Of a DNA stretch of 64,000 nucleotides, positions 15,001 to 30,000 are shown one piece after another. Position 1 is the stretch's first letter. Each line of letters starts with the position of its first letter. The DNA comes from Eledone cirrhosa (lineage: Eukaryota), in assembly GCA_964016885.1 (NCBI GenBank), contig OZ024753.1, positions 21,328,001-21,392,000 of the forward strand, in the 5' to 3' direction. A model generated the notes under the pieces. The model did not search any database and was not told the origin of the DNA. It saw nothing but the letters and a program-made list of their open reading frames with translations. Both the position numbers and the translations under genes were made by a program.

Positions 15001-18000
15001 ATTATGACAACAGCCAGTTCGAGACTGATCTATTAAGGTAAGAGTCTGACTGAGACTTGTCTGTTAAGACAAGAGATATTATGAGACTGGTCTATTAAGA
15101 CAAGAGCCATTTTGAGACTGGGCTATTATGACAAGAGCCAGTTTGATACTGGGCTTTTAAGACAAGAGACAGTCTGAGGCTGGTCTATGAAGACAAGAGA
15201 CAGTCTAAGACTGGTCTATTAAGACAAGATCCGGTTTGAGACTGGTCTATTAAGACAAGAGACAGTTTGATACTGGGCTTTTAAGACAAGAGACAGTCTG
15301 AGACTGCTCTATGAAGGCAAGAGACAGTCTAAGACTGGTCTATTAAGACAAGATCCGGTTTGAGACTGGTCTATTAAGACAAGAGCCAGTTTGAGACTGG
15401 CCTGTTAAGATAATAGACAGTCTGAGACTGGTCTGTTAAGACCAGAGACAGTTTAAGATTGGGCTATTAAGACAAGAGACGGTTTGAGACTGGGCTAATA
15501 AGACAAAAGACAGTTTGAGACTGGTCTGTTAAGATGAGACAGTTTGAGAGTGGGCTATTAAGACAAGAGCCAGTTTCAGACTGGTCTATTAAGATAAGAG
15601 ACAGTCTGAGACTAGTCTGTTAAAATAAGAGACAGTTTTTGTCTGGGTTATTAAGACAAGAGCCAGCTTGAGACTGGTCTGTTAAGACAAGAGACAGTTT
15701 GAGATTGATATGTTAAGACAAGATACAGTTTGAGACTGGGTTATTAAGACAAGAGACAGTCTGCGACTGGTCTGTTAAGTCATGAGACAGTTTGAGACTG
15801 GTCTGTTAAGATAAGAGACAGTTTCTGAATACTCTATTAAGACAAGAGCCAGTTTGAGACTGTTATGTTAAAATAAGAGACAGTTTGAGACTGTGCAATT
15901 AAGACAAGAAACAGTTTCAGACTGGGCTATTAAGATAAGAGACAGTTTGAGTCTGGGTTATTCAGACAAGAGACAGTTTGAGACTGGGTTATTAAGACAA
16001 GAGACAGTTTGAGGCTGGTCTGTTAATATAAGAGACAGCCTGAGACTGGTCTGTTAAGACAAGAGTCAGCTTGAGACTGGGCTATTATGACAAGAGCCGG
16101 TTTGAAACTGGGCTTTTAAGACAAGAGACAGTCTGAGACTGGTCTATGAAGACAAGAGACAGTCTAAGACTGGTCTATTAAGACAAGATCCAGTTTGAGA
16201 CTGGTCTATTAAGACAAGTGACAGTTTGAGACTGGGCTATTAAGACAAGAGCCAGTTTCAGACTGGTCTATTAAGATAAGAGACAGTCTGAGAATACTCT
16301 GTTAAAATAAGAGACAGTTTTTGTCTGGGTTATTAAGACAAGAGCCAGCTTGAGACTGGTCTGTTAAGACAAGAGACAGTTTGAGATTGGTATGTTAAGA
16401 CAAGATACAGTCTGAGACTGGGTTATTAAGACAAGAGACAGTCTGCGACTGGTCTGTTAAGTCATGAGACAGTTTGAGACTGGTCTGTTAAGATAAGAGA
16501 CATTTTGAGACTGTGCAATTAAGACAAGAAACAGTTTGAGACTGGGCTATTAAGATAAGAGACAGTTTGAGACTGGGTTATTAGCACAACAGACAGTCTG
16601 AGACTAGGCTATTAAGACAAGAGACAGTTTCAGACTGGTCTGTTAAGACAAGAGCCAGTTTGAGACTGGGCAATTAAGATGAGACAGTTTGAGACTGGGC
16701 TATTAAGACTAGAGCCAGTTTCAGACTGGTCTATTAAGATAAGAGATAGTCTGAGACTAGTCTGTTAAAATAAGAGACAGTTTTTGTCTGGTTATTAAGA
16801 CAAGAGCCAGCTTGAGACTGATCTGTTAAGACAAGAGACAGTTTGAGATTGGTATGTTAAGACAAGATACAGTTTGAGACTGGGTTATTAAGACAAGAGA
16901 CAGTCTACGACTGGTCTGTTAAGTCATGAGACAGTTTGAGACTGGTCTGTTAAGATAAGAGACAGTTTCTGACTACTCTATTAAGACAAGAGCCAGTTTG
17001 AGACTGTTCTGTTAAGATAAGAGACAGTTTTAGACTGGGTTATTCAGACAAGAGACAGTTTGAGACTGGGTTATTAAGACAAGAGACAGTTTGAGGCTGG
17101 TCTGTTAATATAAGAGACAGCCTGAGACTGGTCTGTTAAGACAAGAGTCAGTTTGAGACTGGGCTATTATGACAAGAGCCGGTTTGAAACTGGGCTTTTA
17201 AGACAAGAGACAGTCTGAGACTGGTCTATGAAGACAAGAGACAGTCTAAGACTGGTCTATTAAGACAAGATCCAGTTTGAGACTGGTCTATTAAGACAAG
17301 AGACAGTTTGAGACTGGGCTATTAAGACAAGAGCCAATTTCAGACTGGTCTATTAAGATAAGAGACAGTCTGAGAATAGTCTGTTAAAATAAGAGACAGT
17401 TTTTGTCTGGGTTATTAAGACAAGAGCCAGCTTGAGACTGGTCTGTTAAGACAAGAGACAGTTTGAGATTGGTATGTTAAGACAAGATACAGTCTGAGAC
17501 TGGGTTATTAAGACAAGAGACAGTCTGCGACTGGTCTGTTAAGTCATGAGACAATATGAGACTGGTCTGTTAAGATAAGAGACAGTTTGAGACTGTGCAA
17601 TTAAGACAAGAAACAGTTTCAGACTGGGCTATTAAGATAAGAGACAGTTTGAGACTGGGTTATTAAGACAATAGACAGTTTGAGGCTGGTCTGTTAATAT
17701 AAGAGACAGCCTGAGACTGGTCTGTTAAGACAAGAGTCAGTTTGAGACTGGGCTATTAAGACAAGAGCCAGTTTGAGACTGGTCTATTAAGACAAGAGAT
17801 TGTTTGAGACTCGGCTGTTAAGACAAGACACAGTTTGAGACTGGTCTGTTAAGTCAAGAGACAGTTTGAGACTGGTCTATTAAGACAAGAGATAGGGCTA
17901 TTAAGCGAATAAACAGTCTGAGACTGGGCTGTGAAGGCAAGAGACAGTCTGAGACTGGGTTATTAAGACAAGAGCCAGTTTGGGACTGGTCTGTTAAGAC

Positions 18001-21000
18001 AAGAGACAGTCTGAGACTGGTCTGTTAAAACAAGTGACAGTTTGAGACTGGTCTTTTAAGATAAGAGCCAGTTTGAGACTGTGCAATTAAGACAAGAGAC
18101 AGTTTGAGATGGGCTATTAAGATAAGAGACAGTTTGAGACTGGTCTATTATAACAAGAGACGGGGCTATTAAGCGAATAAACAGTCTGAGACTGGGCTGT
18201 GAAGGCAAGAGACAGTCTGCGACTGGGTTATTAAGACAAGAGCCGGCTTGAGACTGGTCTTTTAAGATAAGAGCCAGTTTGCCACTGGGCTTTTAAGACA
18301 AGAAACAGTTCAAGACTGTGCAATTATGACAAGAGACAGTTTGAGATGGGGTATTAAGATAAGAGACTGTTTGAGGCTGGTCTGTTAATATAAGAAACAG
18401 TTTGAGACTGGTCTGTTAAGACAAGTCATTTTGAGACTGGTCTATTAAGACAAGACATTGTTTGAGACTGGGCTGTTAAGACAAGAGTCACTCTGAGATT
18501 AGTCTATTAAGACAAGAGGCAGTCTGAGACTGGTCTATTAAGACAAGAGACAGTGTGAGACTGGTCTAATATAACAAGAGAAAGGCTGAGACTGGTCTGT
18601 TAAGATAAGAGACAGTTTGAGACTGGGTTATTATGACAACAGCCAGTTCGAGACTGATCTATTAAGGTAAGAGTCTGACTGAGACTTGTCTGTTAAGACA
18701 AGAGATATTATGAGACTGGTCTATTAAGACAAGTGCCAGTTTGAGACTGGGCTACTATGACAAGAGCCAGTTTGATACTGGGCTTTTAAGACAAGAGACA
18801 GTCTGAGACTGGTCTATGAAGACAAGAGACAGTCTAAGACTGGTCTATTAAGACAAGATCCGGTTTGAGACTGGTCTATTAAGACAAGAGACAGTTTGAG
18901 ACTGGGCTATTAAGAGAATAAACAGTCTGAGACTGGGTTATTAAGACAAGAGCCAGTTTGAGACTGGTCTGTTAAGATGAGACGCAGACTGAGACAAGAC
19001 AGGTCTGTTAAGACAGTCTGAGACTGGTCTGTTAAAACAAGAGACAGTTTAAGATTGGGCTATTAAGACAAGTGACGGTTTGAGACTGGGCTAATAAGAC
19101 AAAAGACAGTTTGAAACTGGGTTATTAACACAACAGACAGTCTGAGACTAGGCTATTAAGACAAGAGACAGTTTGAGACTGGTCTGTTAAGATTTGAGCC
19201 AGTTTGAGCCTGGGCTATTAAGATGAGGCAGTTTGAGACTGGGCTATTAAGACAAGAGCCAGTTTCAGACTGGTCTATTAAGATAAGAGACAGTCTGAGA
19301 CTAGTCTGTTAAAATAAGAGACAGTTTTTGTCTGGGTTATTAAGACAAGAGCCAGCTTGAGACTGGTCTGTTAAGACAAGAGACAGTTTGAGATTGGTAT
19401 GTTAAGACAAGATACAGTCTGAGACTGGGTTATTAAGACAAGAGACAGTCTGCGACTGGTCTGTTAAGTCATGAGACAGTTTGAGACTGGTCTTTTAAGA
19501 TAAGAGACAGTTTCTGACTACTCTATTAAGACAAGAGCCAGTTTGAGACTGTTCTGTTAAGATAAGAGACAGTTTGAGACTGTGCCATTAAGACAAGAAA
19601 CAGTTTGAGACTGGGCTATTAAGATAAGAGACAGTTTGAGACTGGGCTATAAAGAGAATAAACAGTCTGAGACTGGGTTGTGAAGGAAAGATAGTCTGAG
19701 ACTGGGTTATTAAGACAAGAGCCAGATTGAGACTGGTCTGTTAAGACAGGAGCCAGACTGAGACAGGTCTGTTAAGATAAGAGACAGTCTGAGACTGGGT
19801 TATTAAGACAAGAGACAGTTTCTGACTACTCTATTAAGACAAGAGCCAGTTTGAGACTGTTCTGTTAAGATAAGAGACAGTTTGAGACTGTGCAATTAAG
19901 ACAAGGAACAGTTTGAGACTGGGCTATTAAGATAAGAGACAGTTTGAGACTGGGTTATTAAGACAAGAGACAGTTTGAGACTGGTCTATTAAGACAAGAG
20001 ACAGGGCTATTAAGTGAATAAACAGTCTGAGACTGGGCTGTGAAGGCAAGAGACAGTCTGAGACTGGGTTATTAAGACAAGAGCCAGATTGGGACTGGTC
20101 TGTTAAGACAAGACCCAGACTGGTCTGTTAAGATAAGAGACTGTATGAGACTGACAGTTTGAGACTGGTCTTTTAAGATAAGAGCCAGTTTGAGACTGGG
20201 CTTTTAAGACAAGAGACAGTTTGAGACTGTGCAATTAAGACAAGAAACAGTTTGAGATGGGCTATTATGATAAGAGACAGTTTGAGGCTGGTCTGTTAAT
20301 ATAAGAGACAGTTTGAGACTCATCTATTAAGATAAGAGCCAGTCTGAGACTGGTCTATTAAGACAGGAGCCAGTTTGAGACTGGTCTATTAAAATAAGAG
20401 ACAGTCTGAGACTGGTCTGTTAAAATAAGAGTCGGCTTGAGACTGGTTTGTTAAATCAAAAGACAGTTTGAGACTGGGTTATTAAGACAAGAGACAGTTT
20501 GAGACTGGTCTGTTAAGGTTAGAGCCAGTTTGAGACTGGGATATTAAGATGAGACAGTTTGAGACTGGGCTATTAAGACAAGAGCCAGTTTGAGACTGGT
20601 CTGTTAAGACAAGACCCAGACTGAGACAAAACAGGTGTGTTAAGATAATAGACAGTCTGAGACTGGTCTGTTAAAACAGGCGACAGTTTGAGATTGGGCT
20701 ATTAAGACAATAGACACTTTGAGACTGGGCTAATAAGACAAAAGACAGTTTGAGACTGGGTTATTAAGACAAGAGACAGTGTGAGACTGGGCTATTAAGA
20801 TGAGACAGGTTGAGACTGGGCTATTAAGACAAGAGCCAGTTTCAGACTGGTCTATTAAGATAAGAGACAGTCTGAGACTAGTCTGTTAAAATAAGAGAGT
20901 GTTTGAGACTGAGTTATTAAGACAAGAGACAGTTTGAGACTGTGCAATTAAGACAAGAGACAGTTTGAGTCTGGTCTATTAAAATAAGAGACAGTCTGAG

Positions 21001-24000
21001 ACTGGTCTATTAAAACAAGAGACAGTCTGAGACTGGTCTGTTAAAATAAGAGACAGTTTGAGATTTGTCTGTTAAGACAAGAGAGATTTTGATACTGGTC
21101 TATTAAGACAAGAGACTGTGAGATATGGGCTATTAAGACAAGAGACAGTTTGAGATTGGGCTAATAAGACAAAAGACAGTTTGAGACTGGGTTATTAAGA
21201 CATGCTACAGTCTGAGACTGGGCTATTAAGAAAAGAGACAGTCTGCGACTGGTCTGTTAAATCAGTAGACAGTTTGAGACTGAATTATAAAGACACTTTG
21301 ATACTGGCCAGTTTGATACTGGACTATTAAGAAATCAGATTGTTTGAGACTGGACTATTAATACAAGAGACAGTCTGAGACTGGTCTATCAAGATAAGAG
21401 ACAGTTTGAGACTGGGTTATTCAGACAAGAGAAAGTTTCAGACTGGTCTATTAAGATAACAGTCTGTCTGAGACAGGTCTGCTAAGATAAGAGACAGTTT
21501 GAGACTTGTCTGTTAAGACGAGAGATATTTTGATACTGGGCTATTAAGACAAGACACAGTGTGAGACTGGATTATTAAGACAAGAGACAGTTTGAGACTG
21601 GGATATTGAGACAAGAGACAGTCTGAGACTGGGTTATTAAGACAAGAGATAGTTTGAGACTGGAAAAGAGACAGTCTGAGACTAGTCTGTTAAAATAAGA
21701 GACAGTTTGAGACTGGGTTATTAAGACAAGAGCCAGCTCTGAGACTGGTCTTTTAGGACAAGAGACACTTTGAGACTTGAATGTTAAGACAAGATAAAAT
21801 CTGAGACTGGGCTATTAAGACAAGAGACAGTCTGCGACTGGTCTGTTAACTCAAGAGACAGTTTGAGACTGGTCTATTAAGACAAGAGACAGTCTGAGAC
21901 TAGTCTGTTAAAATAAGAGACAGTTTTTGTCTGGGTTATTAAGACAAGAGCCAGCTTGAGACTGGTCTGTTAAGACAAGAGACAGTTTGAGATTGGTATG
22001 TTAAGACAAGATACAGTCTGAGACTGGGTTATTAAGACAAGAGACAGTCTGCGACTGGTCTGTTAAGTCATGAGACAGTTTGAGACTGGTCTTTTAAGAT
22101 AAGAGACAGTTTCTGACTACTCTATTAAGACAAGAGCCAGTTTGAGACTGTTCTGTTAAGATAAGAGACAGTTTGAGACTGTGCAATTAAGACAAGAGAC
22201 AGTTTGAGTCTGGTCTATTAAAATAAGAGACAGTCTGAGACTGGTCTATTAAAACAAGAGACAGTCTGAGACTGGTCTGTTAAAATAAGAGACAGTTTGA
22301 GATTTGTCTGTTAAGACAAGAGAGATTTTGATACTGGTCTATTAAGACAAGAGACTGTGAGATATGGGCTATTAAGACAAGAGACAGTTTGAGACTGGGC
22401 TAATAAGACAAAAGACAGTTTGAGACTGGGTTATTAAGACAAGCTACAGTCTGAGACTGGGCTATTAAGAAAAGAGACAGTCTGCGACTGGTCTGTTAAA
22501 TCAGGAGACAGTTTGAGACTGAATTATAAAGACACTTTGATACTGGCCAGTTTGATACTGGACTATTAAGAAATGAGATTGTTTGAGACTGGACTATTAA
22601 TACAAGAGACAGTCTGAGACTGGTCTATCAAGATAAGAGACAGTTTGAGACTGGGTTATTCAGACAAGAGAAAGTTTCAGACTGGTCTATTAAGATAACA
22701 GTCTGTCTGAGACAGGTCTGTTAAGTTAAGAGACAGTTTGAGACTTGTCTGTTAAGACGAGAGATATTTTGATACTGGGCTATTAAGACAAGACACAGTG
22801 TGAGACTGGATTATTAAGACAAGAGACAGTTTGAGACTGGGATATTGAGACAAGAGACAGTCTGAGACTGGGTTATTAAGACAAGAGATAGTTTGAGACT
22901 GGAAAAGAGACAGTCTGAGACTAGTCTGTTAAAATAAGAGACAGTTTGAGACTGGGTTATTAAGACAAGAGCCAGCTCTGAGACTGGTCTTTTAGGACAA
23001 GAGACACTTTGAGACTTGAATGTTAAGACAAGATAAAATCTGAGACTGGGCTATTAAGACAAGAGACAGTCTGCGACTGGTCTGTTAACTCAAGAGACAG
23101 TTTGAGACTGGTCTATTAAGACAAGAGACAGTCTGAGACTAGTCTGTTAAAATAAGAGACAGTTTTTGTCTGGGTTTTTAAGACAAGAGCCAGCTTGAGA
23201 CTGGTCTGTTAAGACAAGAGATAGTTTGAAATTGGTATGTTAAGACAAGATACAGTCTGAGACTGGGTTATTAAGACGAGAGACAGTTTGAGACTGGGAT
23301 ATTGAGACAAGATACAGTCTGAGACTGGGTTATTAAGACAAGAGACAGTCTGCGACTGGTCTGTTAAGTCATGAGACAGTTTGAGACTGGTCTTTTAAGA
23401 TAAGAGACAGTTTCTGACTACTCTATTAAGACAAGAGCCAGTTTGAGACTGTTCTGTTAAGATAAGAGACAGTTTGAGACTGTGCCATTAAGACAAGAAA
23501 CAGTTTGAGACTGGGCTATTAAGATAAGAGACAGTTTGAGACTGGGCTATAAAGAGAATAAACAGTCTGAGACTGGGTTGTGAAGGAAAGATAGTCTGAG
23601 ACTGGGTTATTAAGACAAGAGCCAGATTGAGACTGGTCTGTTAAGACAGGAGCCAGACTGAGACAGGTCTGTTAAGATAAGAGACAGTCTGAGACTGGGT
23701 TATTAAGACAAGAGACAGTTTCTGACTACTCTATTAAGACAAGAGCCAGTTTGAGACTGTTGTTCTGTTAAGATAAGAGACAGTTTGAGACTGTGCAATT
23801 AAGACAAGGAACAGTTTGAGACTGGGCTATTAAGATAAGAGACAGTTTGAGACTGGGTTATTAAGACAAGAGACAGTTTGAGACTGGTCTATTAAGACAA
23901 GAGACAGGGCTATTAAGTGAATAAACAGTCTGAGACTGGGCTGTGAAGGCAAGAGACAGTCTGAGACTGGGTTATTAAGACAAGAGCCAGATTGGGACTG

Positions 24001-27000
24001 GTCTGTTAAGACAAGACCCAGACTGGTCTGTTAAGATAAGAGACTGTATGAGACTGACAGTTTGAGACTGGTCTTTTAAGATAAGAGCCAGTTTGAGACT
24101 GGGCTTTTAAGACAAGAGACAGTTTGAGACTGTGCAATTAAGACAAGAAACAGTTTGAGATGGGCTATTATGATAAGAGACAGTTTGAGGCTGGTCTGTT
24201 AATATAAGAGACAGTTTGAGACTCGTCTATTAAGATAAGAGCCAGTCTGAGACTGGTCTATTAAGACAGGAGCCAGTTTGAGACTGGTCTATTAAAATAA
24301 GAGACAGTCTGAGACTGGTCTGTTAAAATAAGAGTCGGCTTGAGACTGGTTTGTTAAATCAAAAGACAGTTTGAGACTGGGTTATTAAGACAAGAGACAG
24401 TTTGAGACTGGTCTGTTAAGGTTAGAGCCAGTTTGAGACTGGGATATTAAGATGAGACAGTTTGAGACTGGGCTATTAAGACAAGAGCCAGTTTGAGACT
24501 GGTCTGTTAAGACAAGACCCAGACTGAGACAAAACAGGTGTGTTAAGATAATAGACAGTCTGAGACTGGTCTGTTAAAACAGGCGACAGTTTGAGATTGG
24601 GCTATTAAGACAATAGACACTTTGAGACTGGGCTAATAAGACAAAAGACAGTTTGAGACTGAGTTATTGAGACAAGAGACAGTGTGAGACTGGGCTATTA
24701 AGATGAGACAGGTTGAGACTGGGCTATTAAGACAAGAGCCAGTTTCAGACTGGTCTATTAAGATAAGAGACAGTCTGAGACTAGTCTGTTAAAATAAGAG
24801 AGTGTTTGAGACTGAGTTATTAAGACAAGAGACAGTTTGAGACTGTGCAATTAAGACAAGAGACAGTTTGAGTCTGGTCTATTAAAATAAGAGACAGTCT
24901 GAGACTGGTCTATTAAAACAAGAGACAGTCTGAGACTGGTCTGTTAAAATAAGAGACAGTTTGAGATTTGTCTGTTAAGACAAGAGAGATTTTGATACTG
25001 GTCTATTAAGACAAGAGACTGTGAGATATGGGCTATTAAGACAAGAGACAGTTTGAGACTGGGCTAATAAGACAAAAGACAGTTTGAGACTGGGTTATTA
25101 AGACAAGCTACAGTCTGAGACTGGGCTATTAAGAAAAGAGACAGTCTGCGACTGGTCTGTTAAATCAGGAGACAGTTTGAGACTGAATTATAAAGACACT
25201 TTGATACTGGCCAGTTTGATACTGGACTATTAAGAAATGAGATTGTTTGAGACTGGACTATTAATACAAGAGACAGTCTGAGACTGGTCTATCAAGATAA
25301 GAGACAGTTTGAGACTGAGTTATTCAGACAAGAGAAAGTTTCAGACTGGTCTATTAAGATAACAGTCTGTCTGAGACAGGTCTGTTAAGATAAGAGACAG
25401 TTTGAGACTTGTCTGTTAAGACGAGAGATATTTTGATACTGGGCTATTAAGACAAGACACAGTGTGAGACTGGATTATTAAGACAAGAGACAGTTTGAGA
25501 CTGGGATATTGAGACAAGAGACAGTCTGAGACTGGGTTATTAAGACAAGAGATAGTTTGAGACTGGAAAAGAGACAGTCTGAGACTAGTCTGTTAAAATA
25601 AGAGACAGTTTGAGACTGGGTTATTAAGACAAGAGCCAGCTCTGAGACTGGTCTTTTAGGACAAGAGACACTTTGAGACTTGAATGTTAAGACAAGATAA
25701 AATCTGAGACTGGGCTATTAAGACAAGAGACAGTCTGCGACTGGTCTGTTAACTCAAGAGACAGTTTGAGACTGGTCTATTAAGACAAGAGACAGTCTGA
25801 GACTAGTCTGTTAAAATAAGAGACAGTTTTTGTCTGGGTTATTTAGACAAGAGCCAGCTTGAGACTGGTCTGTTAAGACAAGAGACAGTTTGAGATTGGT
25901 ATGTTAAGACAAGATACAGTCTGAGACTGGGTTATTAAGACAAGAGACAGTCTGCGACTGGTCTGTTAAATCATGAGACAGTTTGAGACTGGTCTTTTAA
26001 GATAAGAGACAGTTTCTGACTACTCTATTAAGACAAGAGCCAGTTTGAGACTGTTCTGTTAAGATAAGAGACAGTTTGAGACTGTGCCATTAAGACAAGA
26101 AACAGTTTGAGACTGGGCTATTAAGATAAGAGACAGTTTGAGACTGGGCTATAAAGAGAATAAACAGTCTGAGACTGGGTTGTGAAGGAAAGATAGTCTG
26201 AGACTGGGTTATTAAGACAAGAGCTAGATTGAGACTGGTCTGTTAAGACAGGAGCCAGACTGAGACAGGTCTGTTAAGATAAGAGACAGTCTGAGACTGG
26301 GTTATTAAGACAAGAGACAGTTTCTGACTACTCTATTAAGACAAGAGCCAGTTTGAGACTGTTGTTCTGTTAAGATAAGAGACAGTTTGAGACTGTGCAA
26401 TTAAGACAAGGAACAGTTTGAGACTGGGCTATTAAGATAAGAGACAGTTTGAGACTGGGTTATTAAGACAAGAGACAGTTTGAGACTGGTCTATTAAGAC
26501 AAGAGACAGGGCTATTAAGTGAATAAACAGTCTGAGACTGGGCTGTGAAGGCAAGAGACAGTCTGAGACTGGGTTATTAAGACAAGAGCCAGATTGGGAC
26601 TGGTCTGTTAAGACAAGACCCAGACTGGTCTGTTAAGATAAGAGACTGTATGAGACTGACAGTTTGAGACTGGTCTTTTAAGATAAGAGCCAGTTTGAGA
26701 CTGGGCTTTTAAGACAAGAGACAGTTTGAGACTGTGCAATTAAGACAAGAAACAGTTTGAGATGGGCTATTATGATAAGAGACAGTTTGAGGCTGGTCTG
26801 TTAATATAAGAGACAGTTTGAGACTCGTCTATTAAGATAAGAGCCAGTCTGAGACTGGTCTATTAAGACAGGAGCCAGTTTGAGACTGGTCTATTAAAAT
26901 AAGAGACAGTCTGAGACTGGTCTGTTAAAATAAGAGTCGGCTTGAGACTGGTTTGTTAAATCAAAAGACAGTTTGAGACTGGGTTATTAAGACAAGAGAC

Positions 27001-30000
27001 AGTTTGAGACTGGTCTGTTAAGGTTAGAGCCAGTTTGAGACTGGGATATTAAGATGAGACAGTTTGAGACTGGGCTATTAAGACAAGAGCCAGTTTGAGA
27101 CTGGTCTGTTAAGACAAGACCCAGACTGAGACAAAACAGGTGTGTTAAGATAATAGACAGTCTGAGACTGGTCTGTTAAAACAGGCGACAGTTTGAGATT
27201 GGGCTATTAAGACAATAGACACTTTGAGACTGGGCTAATAAGACAAAAGACAGTTTGAGACTGGGTTATTGAGACAAGAGACAGTGTGAGACTGGGCTAT
27301 TAAGATGAGACAGGTTGAGACTGGGCTATTAAGACAAGAGCCAGTTTCAGACTGGTCTATTAAGATAAGAGACAGTCTGAGACTAGTCTGTTAAAATAAG
27401 AGAGTGTTTGAGACTGAGTTATTAAGACAAGAGACAGTTTGAGACTGTGCAATTAAGACAAGAGACAGTTTGAGTCTGGTCTATTAAAATAAGAGACAGT
27501 CTGAGACTGGTCTATTAAAACAAGAGACAGTCTGAGACTGGTCTGTTAAAATAAGAGACAGTTTGAGATTTGTCTGTTAAGACAAGAGAGATTTTGATAC
27601 TGGTCTATTAAGACAAGAGACTGTGAGATATGGGCTATTAAGACAAGAGACAGTTTGAGACTGGGCTAATAAGACAAAAGACAGTTTGAGACTGGGTTAT
27701 TAAGACAAGCTACAGTCTGAGACTGGGCTATTAAGAAAAGAGACAGTCTGCGACTGGTCTGTTAAATCAGGAGACAGTTTGAGACTGAATTATAAAGACA
27801 CTTTGATACTGGCCAGTTTGATACTGGACTATTAAGAAATGAGATTGTTTGAGACTGGACTATTAATACAAGAGACAGTCTGAGACTGGTCTATCAAGAT
27901 AAGAGACAGTTTGAGACTGAGTTATTCAGACAAGAGAAAGTTTCAGACTGGTCTATTAAGATAACAGTCTGTCTGAGACAGGTCTGTTAAGATAAGAGAC
28001 AGTTTGAGACTTGTCTGTTAAGACGAGAGATATTTTGATACTGGGCTATTAAGACAAGACACAGTGTGAGACTGGATTATTAAGACAAGAGACAGTTTGA
28101 GACTGGGATATTGAGACAAGAGACAGTCTGAGACTGGGTTATTAAGACAAGAGATAGTTTGAGACTGGAAAAGAGACAGTCTGAGACTAGTCTGTTAAAA
28201 TAAGAGACAGTTTGAGACTGGGTTATTAAGACAAGAGCCAGCTCTGAGACTGGTCTTTTAGGACAAGAGACACTTTGAGACTTGAATGTTAAGACAAGAT
28301 AAAATCTGAGACTGGGCTATTAAGACAAGAGACAGTCTGCGACTGGTCTGTTAACTCAAGAGACAGTTTGAGACTGGTCTATTAAGACAAGAGACAGTTT
28401 GAGACTGGGCTTTTCAGACAAGAGACAGTTTGAGACTGTGCAATTAAGACAAGAGACAGTTTGAGACTGAGCTATTAAGATAAGAGACAGTCTGTTAAAA
28501 TAAGAGACAGTTTGAGACTGGGCTATTTAGACAACAGTCAGTTTGAGACTGGGACATTAATACAAGAGACAGTTTGAGACTGGTCTGTTAAGACAAGAGC
28601 CAGTTTGAGACTGGTCTGTTTAGATTAGAGGCAGTTTGAGACTGGGCTATTAAGATGAGACAGACTGAGACTGGGATATTAAGACAAGAGCCAGTTTCAG
28701 ACAGACTGGTCTATTAAGATAAGAGACAGTCTGAGACTAGTCTGTTAAAATAAGAGACAGTTTTGACTGGGTTATTAAGACAAGAGCCAGCTTGAGACTG
28801 GTATGCTAAGACAAGATACAGTCTGAGACTGGGCTATTAAGACAAGAGACAGTCTGCAACTGGTCTGTTAAGTCAAGAGACAGTTTGAGACTGGTCTATT
28901 TAGACAAGAGACAGTTTGAGACTGGGCTATTAAGAGAATAAACAGTCTGAGACTGGGTTGCAAAGGCAAGAGACAGTCTGAGACTGGGTTATTAAGACAA
29001 GAGCCTGTTTGAGACTGGTCTATTAAGAGAAGACCCAGACTAAGTTGGGTCTGTTAAGATAAGAGACAGTCTGGGACTGGTCTGTTAAAACAAGAGACAG
29101 TTTGAGACTGCTCTGTTAAGATAAGAGACAGTTTCTGACTATTCTATTAAGACAAGAGCCAGTTTGAGACTGGTCTGTTACGATAAGAGCCAGTTTGAGA
29201 CTGGGCTTTTAAGAGAAGAGACTGTGTGAGACTGGTCTATTAAGATAAGAGACAGTGTGAGACTGGTCTATTAAGATAAGAGACAGTTTGAGACCGGGTT
29301 ATTAAGACAAGAGACAGTTTGAGGCTGGTCTATTAATATAAAAAGACATTTTGAGACTGGTCTGTTAAGACAAGAGTCAGTTTGAGACTGGTCTGTTAAG
29401 ATAAGAAACAGTTTGATACTGGGTTATTATGAGAGGAGCCAGTATGAGACTGGTCTACTAAGATAAGAGTCTGACTGGACTGATTTGTTATGACAAGAGA
29501 CAGTTTGAGACTGGGCTATTAAGGTTAGAGACAGTTTCCGACTGGTCTATTAAGACAAGAGCCAATTTAAGACTGGGCCTTTAAGACAACAGACAGTTTG
29601 AGACTGTGCAATTAAGACAAGAGACAGTTTGGGACTGGGTTATTCAGACAAGTGACAGTTTGAGACTGGATTATTAAGACAAGAGACAGTCTGAGACTGG
29701 TCTGTTAATAAAGAGACAGTTTGAGACTGTTTGAGACTGGGCTATTAAGACAAGAGACAGTCTGGGACTCGGGTATTCGGACAAGAGACAGTTTGAGACT
29801 GGTCTATAAAGACAAGAGTCAGTTTGAGACTGGGCTATTAAGAAAAGAGCCAGTTTGAGACTGGTTTGTTAAGATAAAAGACAGTTTGAGACTGGTCTAT
29901 TAAGATAAGAATCTGTCTGGGACTGGTCTGTTAAGATACGAGACAGTTTGAGACTTGTCTGTTAAGACAAGTGATAATTTTGAGACTGGTCTATTAAGAC

